Source of the DNA: Picochlorum sp. SENEW3
Lineage: Eukaryota
DNA: 64,000 nucleotides
Direction: 5' to 3'
Assembly: GCA_034226945.1 (NCBI GenBank)
Contig: CP120457.1
Location: 124,001 to 188,000, forward strand
Shown: in pieces, positions 58,485-64,000 of the stretch
Layout of the letters: every line of letters begins with the position of its first letter
How positions within the stretch are numbered: position 1 is the stretch's first letter
The notes under the pieces: model-generated
Seen by the model: the letters and a program-made list of their open reading frames with translations, nothing else
Told to the model about the DNA's origin: nothing
Database searches by the model: none
Position numbers and translations under genes: made by a program

Positions 58485-58885
58485 GCTGCAAATAGTTTCT
58501 TCGTTGTGTCTTTGTCACTTTTATTATATGTGGTTATTTCAAAATTTATTTTCTTTAAGGCGAAGAGTGCTGCACACGCGGTTTTCGGTCCAATGTCAGC
58601 TTCTTTGACGTGTACATGGTCATTGGAGCGCTCGACCCCGGACGGACGACTTCTTGTGCCGTTGGAAGGTCAGTCATGCTTGCATCGTGTCTAGCTTCCT
58701 TGCCACGTTCAGTTCTACGCGAGGGGGATGAAATTTAGATGCGTTTACATATATATGAAGATATTCGTGTTGATACAAAAAGCATGGGTTGATTCATCAA
58801 CTGAATAAGCAACACAATCTGAAAGAAAAAGGATTTCAATACTTACTGACTTGTGTCCCAGCACAATCGTTCTTGTTCATCATTC

Positions 58886-61231
58886 TCAGCACTTTCGCAG
58901 TGATGTGGAGGAAGATAGTTTCCTGAGTCTCCAGTATTGGTACCCAGAGCTTAGAACCCTGCTGGAGGTGAACACGCTTGAGCTGCCACATCGAGATGAT
59001 CTGCTCATATTCGAACTATAGTTTCTGTTTTCACGACTCTGCATATCACATAAAAAAGGCACGTCAGATTCTACTCCATAGAGTACACGTAGAAAAGAAA
59101 TAGGCACATACCACTGCTCTGATGACAACTTTGCTGCACGAACTTCCGTCATAGGAGATCATCCTCCAACTCGTCGGGTAGGATGATAGATACACATTTC
59201 TCGCACTGGAAATCCTAGACTTTACAGCCACGTATTTATTCTTCGTGGTGCATGATTTGACTGCCCGTATTGACACTCTATTATTTCCTTTGGACTCCAC
59301 AACAAATCGTGTGGCTGTTCTGGATGTCTTCTTTTTCGCCTTGACAGATCGTGATCTACAGTTCGAGGTCCATGAATTGAGGTACCTGGTACCACAGCCA
59401 GAGTCATACCCGTAAATGAGGTATGTTCCTTCGTCAATGTCGCAAATCTTCTCAACTGGTGGAGGTGGTGGGGAGGGAAGCGGGAAGAATGGAGGAGGAG
59501 AAGGCGTCACGGAAGGTGATGGAGGAGAAGGCGTCACGGAAGGTGGAGGAGGAGAAGGTGTCACGGAAGGTGGTGGTGGGGAAGGCGAAGGAGTTGGTGT
59601 GTTGCCAGTTTGCACTGCAAAGCAAAAGACAGACATGGTAATGCACGCAAACAACAAGAGGAAGAAGAAAAGCAAGCATACCTTCACCATACGTATTCCC
59701 AGAAAAGCGCGATGATGGCACAGGAGTGGCATTCGAATCTGCAACCTGACAATTTGCACCAGCAACATTGTACTGATCACCACCAAGTGGACCAAGCCAG
59801 GTGAAATACTTGCATCCAGGAGTGTCCACACAAAACTGTGCACAAGCACCAGCAGAAACAGCACCCGTTTCTACGATATTTGAAGCATCAGTGTATTCGA
59901 CGAAACCGGACTGTCTTTGAGTGCCAGGTGGAAACTCATCTCTGTTCAACCAGCCTCCCTGGCAGTTTCCTGCAGACTCTACAAAACCTGCTGGCTCATG
60001 AAGCTTACACACACTTGTTCCCTTGTCATAAGCCCATGCTCCACAATTAGAGCTTCCTTTACAGGCTGCACAACAATTTCCACCAGATTCTTGAGAACTA
60101 GAAGAAATCACAGCACCACTGAAGCACACATCCTCTTCCACCAATGTATTCAGCACCGAAGGAATGGATGTCCTGCACATGATATTTCACAACATTAATA
60201 CTATGCGTCTACCATAAAGCATATATCCCAGGAAACGACAAAGAAAAAAATACCATCACGCACCCTTCCCAATTAAAGTACCAAATCTGATCGTTGATCC
60301 ACGTTGTAAACTGAGCCACACTTGTGTATCCTCCATAATCATTTGGTCCACCACACGGAACAGGACCGTAACTCGTAATACCAACTTGAATATTTTCGTT
60401 ATATCCAGCTGTTGGCCATCGAGCACCTTCAATCGCCAATGGACCTCCAGAGTCTCCCTGACATGCATCACTATCCGGTACCCCAGGCGTATCCCCACCA
60501 GCACAAATATGAGTTGCCGACGGTGGCTGCAGTCCCCACAGTCTATACGTCTGATCACATGTCTGCCTATCTATATATGGAACATCTGCGTATTGAAGAA
60601 CTTCAGCCACGTCCCTATTCCCATCGGTATACTCCACCTCAGTCTTGCCCCACCCAGCCACATACAAGGGACTCGGTATCTGATCCTCCCGCAACGTACT
60701 CAAAAGCACACTCTGAGCAGGTATCTCATTCTCATACGCAATCAAACCTATATCATTCTGAAACGATCTCGAGTTGTAATTCTCGTGAGAGGTGTATTCA
60801 TATGCAGACACCTGGTTGGCTCTAAATTGGTTCTGGTTGACAATCCCATAGGCAGCAGTAGCATCCCTCAAATTATCCGCCAAGCAATGCGCCGCTGTCA
60901 TCGCAACACGAGGCGCAATTTTTGTCGAAGCACACTGCCCAGTAGAGCCAGCTGCCGTTGTCAGGCGTGTCAGCCCAATGTATGGAAAGTCCCCTGGAGC
61001 TGCATCATTTCCATACGACACTCTGGCAGCCACCTTCTCCTTCGAGGAATCACGATTGTCTATACTCGCCAATCGAATCACAGAAGATGTATTCAACACC
61101 CGCAGCTCATCACCTTGAAAATTCTTCGGCAAGGAGACCCGCGCAATCTTCTTCTTCCCAAGCACACTGGCAAACACGGTTGCCAGCACACAGCACTGAA
61201 TCACTATCTTTACAGCGGTTAAAGATCTCAT
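58886..61231 (-). CDS. Secreted trypsin-like S1 protease with two PAN/apple-like domains, Ser-Pro-rich linker and basic C-terminal domain (4 exons)
   Basis: Signal peptide; TAAHC, NDIGL, DACQGDSGGP triad; CC.AC.....C.AW and CAQFC...PGC.YFTW; SPPPPSVTP repeats; GT-AG junctions link the ORFs. Confidence 0.88.
59491..59585. repeat. 27-bp coding tandem repeat, ~3 copies (Ser/Pro-rich peptide)
   Basis: GGAGGAGAAGGYGTCACGGAAGGTGRN repeated; encodes PSVTPSPPP on the minus strand. Confidence 0.9.
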
Positions 61232-61665
61232 CTTTAGCCAATTATAGAATGATATCTGACTGCTAGACTATATATGTGATACAAAGTAATGCTACGCGCT
61301 CAGTCTATACTTGCTGACTCGGTGATTCAAGGATCACTTTGGCCTCGTTGTCTTTGTCTTGAGGGTCTACAGACGGCGCAGTAATATGTACAATATGTGT
61401 ACGTTAGTATACATTAAAAAGGGCCACCTTCCTCGGACACTCTTGAGTATGAATTGGCGTGGCATGGCTTCATACATGGCCTTGTACGCAGCAACGTCTT
61501 TCCCCATCAATACAGGCACACGACCGAGCGGACGCAACCGCATGGCCGCGGGAATGAAGGTGCCAACGAAGCTATCATCACATGCCAGGGAATTCACTGG
61601 CGGTGCTCTCTATGTGAGACAAAACGTGCAATTACAACAAAGAATGGTACTATTCATACAGCATT

Positions 61666-62325
61666 CTATTTTGGCTCTGCTGTCCCGGCCTTGGATGCCA
61701 GAATGACTCCAACAATCAATCCGTAGAGAGCAAGAGCCTCAGCGAAAATCAAAATCAAAATCATTCCAACAAACAATTTTGGCTGCTGCGCATTCGCACG
61801 CACTCCAGCATCTCCCACAATACCGATGCACATACCAGCTCCCAACGCAGCAAATCCACACGCTATTCCAGAGGCAAAGTGGGCATACCCATCAAAGTAG
61901 TAGTATGCCTTTTCCGCAGTCTGATTGATTCCTGTACTGATCACCACCGCGATGATAAGACCGTAGATTCCCAACACTCCCGCCATAACAACAGGGATAA
62001 TAGACTTCATCACAAGCTCTGGCCTCATCACACCCATGGCTGCTATACCCACCCCAGACTTGGCTGTCCCATAGGCAGCTCCAAAGCATGAGAAAATAAT
62101 GGCCGATGCCGCTCCCAAATATCCAAAGAATGGAGCAATCTGCACACCATGATCATCCATGCATCAGTCATCATACAACTATACGTTCCCAATCCGCTGC
62201 TGCCACATCCCGTGAGACATGGACCAACAGCCACCCCGTCAGCCACACAATCCCCAAACCCCACCCCCTCAACCCATACAAATACCATAGAAACCCACCT
62301 GATCTCCGTTCCACTCCGCTGCCAT
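61666..62325 (-). CDS. VHA-c: V-type ATPase 16-kDa proteolipid subunit c (one intron)
   Basis: Exon 1 MAAEWNGDQ, then APFFG..GA...[47 protein letters not shown]. Confidence 0.97.
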
Positions 62326-63016
62326 GATTTATTACGTCCGTGCGTGATACCAACACAAATCTACTCGATCAATCAAGCGTCACTGGATCGATCAACCAAG
62401 CAATGGTTTCTCCCACTATATATCTACTATATAAGAAGAATTGAGAGCCCGGCTATGCGTATAGGATACGTTACAGATACAACGAGGACCAACGTCAGAT
62501 GCTCGTTCGACCAACACCAGCGTCCTGTATACTCGTCAATACGATGCAGAGAGTGATGATATGGCTCTATCCAAGCATACAATACTAGTATGTAATACTA
62601 TTATAGTACGAATGACCACCCGTGCTGCTTGGGTGCACTCCGGAGACCGACCATGAAGTAAATATACATGGTACCGGTCAAAACTATAGTTTCATGGGAT
62701 GACTATTCATGCTACAACGATGCCCTACCACGGAGGCACCGCCCCTGTCAGCAGAGTCACAAGACCGAAGGGGCTTGATCCATCTAGAATCTTTCGCCTG
62801 GACTGTGGACATTCCAATTCACGTGGATTGTTAGGGTCTGACTGACGATACCTCTTCTGTATTCTATAGTTGAATAAGAATTCACATGTACTAGAAATTT
62901 TGCGTACTCTATAGAGAGAGCACCAAAGGAAGGAGAAGAAAACAGACTATCAATCAGTCAATTGGCAATTGGAATAATTCTTCTGGAAGAGAGCACAGGA
63001 GTTCAGGCTGACGTGA

Positions 63017-64000
63017 ATGAAACGAGAGGTTCGGTTTGCATTACGTCAGATTGTAAGGAATGCATGTTCTCATGCGAAGGGTGTGCCCAATGTGAATGGC
63101 AGTGGAGGAGGCGTGGTCTCGGAACCATGGCATAGGGCTTTTGGCTCTCGAGGAATCTGTCACGGTGGAGGGGGTGGCATGGGGTATCGGTCTGGTGATT
63201 CCCATGCTTATTATGGGCAATATGTGCATATGAATAGGTATCATGATGGGCGGAGCAGCAATGGTGGGGTTGTTGGGGCCATGCGATTGTTGAACGACGG
63301 CATGTTCCCCCGCGGCTGTGGAGGGGAGTGCGTGGGGAGATCGAGGCCGTCGCATGTGTACATGGGATATCGGGAGTACTATGGGACTCCTCATGATATG
63401 CGAGCATTGACGGCGGAGGAGGAGCAGGCGGAGCATATGGACCCAAGTTTTGCCAGGGGGACGCCGAGTGTGTGTGTGGATGCGCATGCGACCATGGTGG
63501 AGGAGATGGATGTTCCGCTGGATTTTGATGATCCAAAGGCTGCGTTTGCGAGTAAGACGACGTGGGAGATTATGCGATCGCTGATTGTGTTTCGAGTGTG
63601 TAAGATTTCATGGTTGGTGCAAAAGGCTGATACAGCGTTGAAGTGGAGCAAGCGGTTGTTTACGCCGTACCTGGTGAACTTTGTGGTGAAGAACTCGTTT
63701 TATCAGCAGTTTGTGGCGGGGGCTGATGCGGAGGGTATTCGGCCTGTGATGGAGCATTTGGAGAGGAATGGGATTCATTCTGTGTTGGACTATGCGGCAG
63801 AGGATGATGTGGATGAGGAGACTGGGGTGGCGCAGAGTCGAGCGTTGGGGGGTATTTCGAGTGCGGAGGATTTGAGGATCAGTACTGTTGTAGCGAGGAC
63901 GTACAGATATGAGGATGAGGAGGCTTGTGATAAGAGGATGAATAATTTCCTGAAGAGTATCAAAGCTGCTGGGTTGGTGGATAGGCAAGGGTTTACGGCC
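63017..64000 (+). CDS. PRODH: Proline dehydrogenase, mitochondrial; runs off the window
   Basis: Not in the ORF track (no stop in window). Open frame from ATG 63017 (MKREVRFALRQ...) gives LDFDDPKAAFASKTTWEIMRSL.VF..C, FYQQFVAG, SVLDYAAEDD, ARTYRYEDEEACD. Confidence 0.92.
   Translation, partial: MKREVRFALRQIVRNACSHAKGVPNVNGSGGGVVSEPWHRAFGSRGICHGGGGGMGYRSGDSHAYYGQYVHMNRYHDGRSSNGGVVGAMRLLNDGMFPRGCGGECVGRSRPSHVYMGYREYYGTPHDMRALTAEEEQAEHMDPSFARGTPSVCVDAHATMVEEMDVPLDFDDPKAAFASKTTWEIMRSLIVFRVCKISWLVQKADTALKWSKRLFTPYLVNFVVKNSFYQQFVAGADAEGIRPVMEHLERNGIHSVLDYAAEDDVDEETGVAQSRALGGISSAEDLRISTVVARTYRYEDEEACDKRMNNFLKSIKAAGLVDRQGFTA

Noticed and set aside
59461..59590. Regular repeat as a CRISPR-like array
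   Set aside because: Contiguous coding repeat with no unique spacers, in a eukaryotic gene.
63003..63988. Minus-strand His/Pro-rich ORFs at the window end
   Set aside because: Antisense to the open proline dehydrogenase frame.

Overview
Gene-dense eukaryotic nuclear DNA from a green alga with a compact genome. Short GT-AG introns, TGTAA poly(A) signals and plastid-targeted proteins fit a Picochlorum-like trebouxiophyte; the taxon is an inference. I can support about 35 protein-coding genes. Most are housekeeping or plastid genes: VMP1, eIF5, SPRTN-like protease, Cys-GST, CNBD K+ channel, DMC1, NAA15, RRP9, type-B response regulator, AtpC, DiT2, NOP56, NOP14, PSS, plastid L13 and S15, NAB1-like, fibrillin, callose synthase, IPCS, V-ATPase c and proline dehydrogenase. 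The standout is an intron-containing tandem pair of an ArsJ-associated-type GAPDH and an ArsJ MFS exporter (29525-32811), a eukaryotic version of the bacterial gapdh-arsJ arsenate-detoxification operon. The two upstream regions share two exact motifs (TATCGCGTCATG and GGCAAAAGATTCCC), suggesting the operon became a co-regulated regulon. Other leads: an unexplained ~200-nt nested RNA-like fold at 2950-3148, a palindrome/hairpin-rich region with an Sm-like site at 14506-14756, a poor-context uORF in eIF5, and a possible NMD-type 3'UTR intron in a KH-domain gene. No tRNA, rRNA, CRISPR array or transposase was recognised. Exon boundaries were read by eye, and family calls rest on remembered motifs, not database searches.
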